Assembly: GCA_905178155.1 (NCBI GenBank)
Contig: CAJINV010000003.1
Span: forward strand, 1,018,968-1,082,967
Direction of reading: 5' to 3'
DNA from: Amoebophrya sp. A120
Lineage: Eukaryota > Protista > Dinoflagellata
DNA length: 64,000 nt
Position 1 is the stretch's first letter. Every line of letters starts with the position of its first letter. The notes beneath the pieces were generated by a model. The model had not been told where the DNA came from, made no database searches, and was given only the letters and a program-made list of their open reading frames with translations. Of this stretch, positions 63,828 through 64,000 are shown one piece after another. A program made the position numbers and the translations under genes.

Positions 63828-64000
63828 TATCAAATGCAAATGCTTATGCCTGGGTCTGGAAGGTTGCAAATTGTCGTGCTTTCTTCGGATCATAAAAAAA
63901 CTTTCATGGCGTGACCAGGAAGAGGAGTCCAGTCTGTGCTACGCGGGAAGCGAGGGCATTGATTTGTCATCCATGCGGAGCGAATAAGTACTTACGCATC
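63828..64000. mobile_element. Introner-like TIR element, family A, truncated by window end
   Basis: TATCAAATGCAAATGCTTATGCCTGGGTCTGGAAG left TIR. A TTTGC repeat is predicted after the right TIR. Confidence 0.75.

Overview
Eukaryotic, gene-dense, intron-containing DNA. Every gene I could identify lies on the minus strand. The architecture best fits an Amoebophrya-like (syndinean dinoflagellate) alveolate; this is an inference from gene layout and intron type, not a database match. Recognisable genes: TMEM65 (3'-truncated), a PAN/apple + FN3-like type I membrane protein, a METTL21-family methyltransferase, mitochondrial processing peptidase alpha, an FkbM methyltransferase/alanine racemase fusion, a tandem pair of multi-pass membrane paralogs, a small EF-hand-like protein and several low-complexity hypothetical proteins. 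The main feature is a set of 14 complete and 1 truncated 153-318 bp elements with terminal inverted repeats (TAT...ATA ends) and 5-bp flanking direct repeats. Thirteen of the complete ones interrupt coding sequence, and removing the element plus one repeat restores the reading frame without GT-AG ends. They belong to several TIR families, share an internal TGTnATGC motif and occur in both orientations relative to transcription (introner-type non-canonical introns), alongside ordinary GT-AG introns. A second class consists of two GC-rich ~1.15 kb non-coding inserts bounded by perfect 51-bp and 35-bp direct repeats, one of which splits the racemase domain. A ~6.2 kb satellite of 240-bp, internally palindromic units adjoins a 100-N gap.
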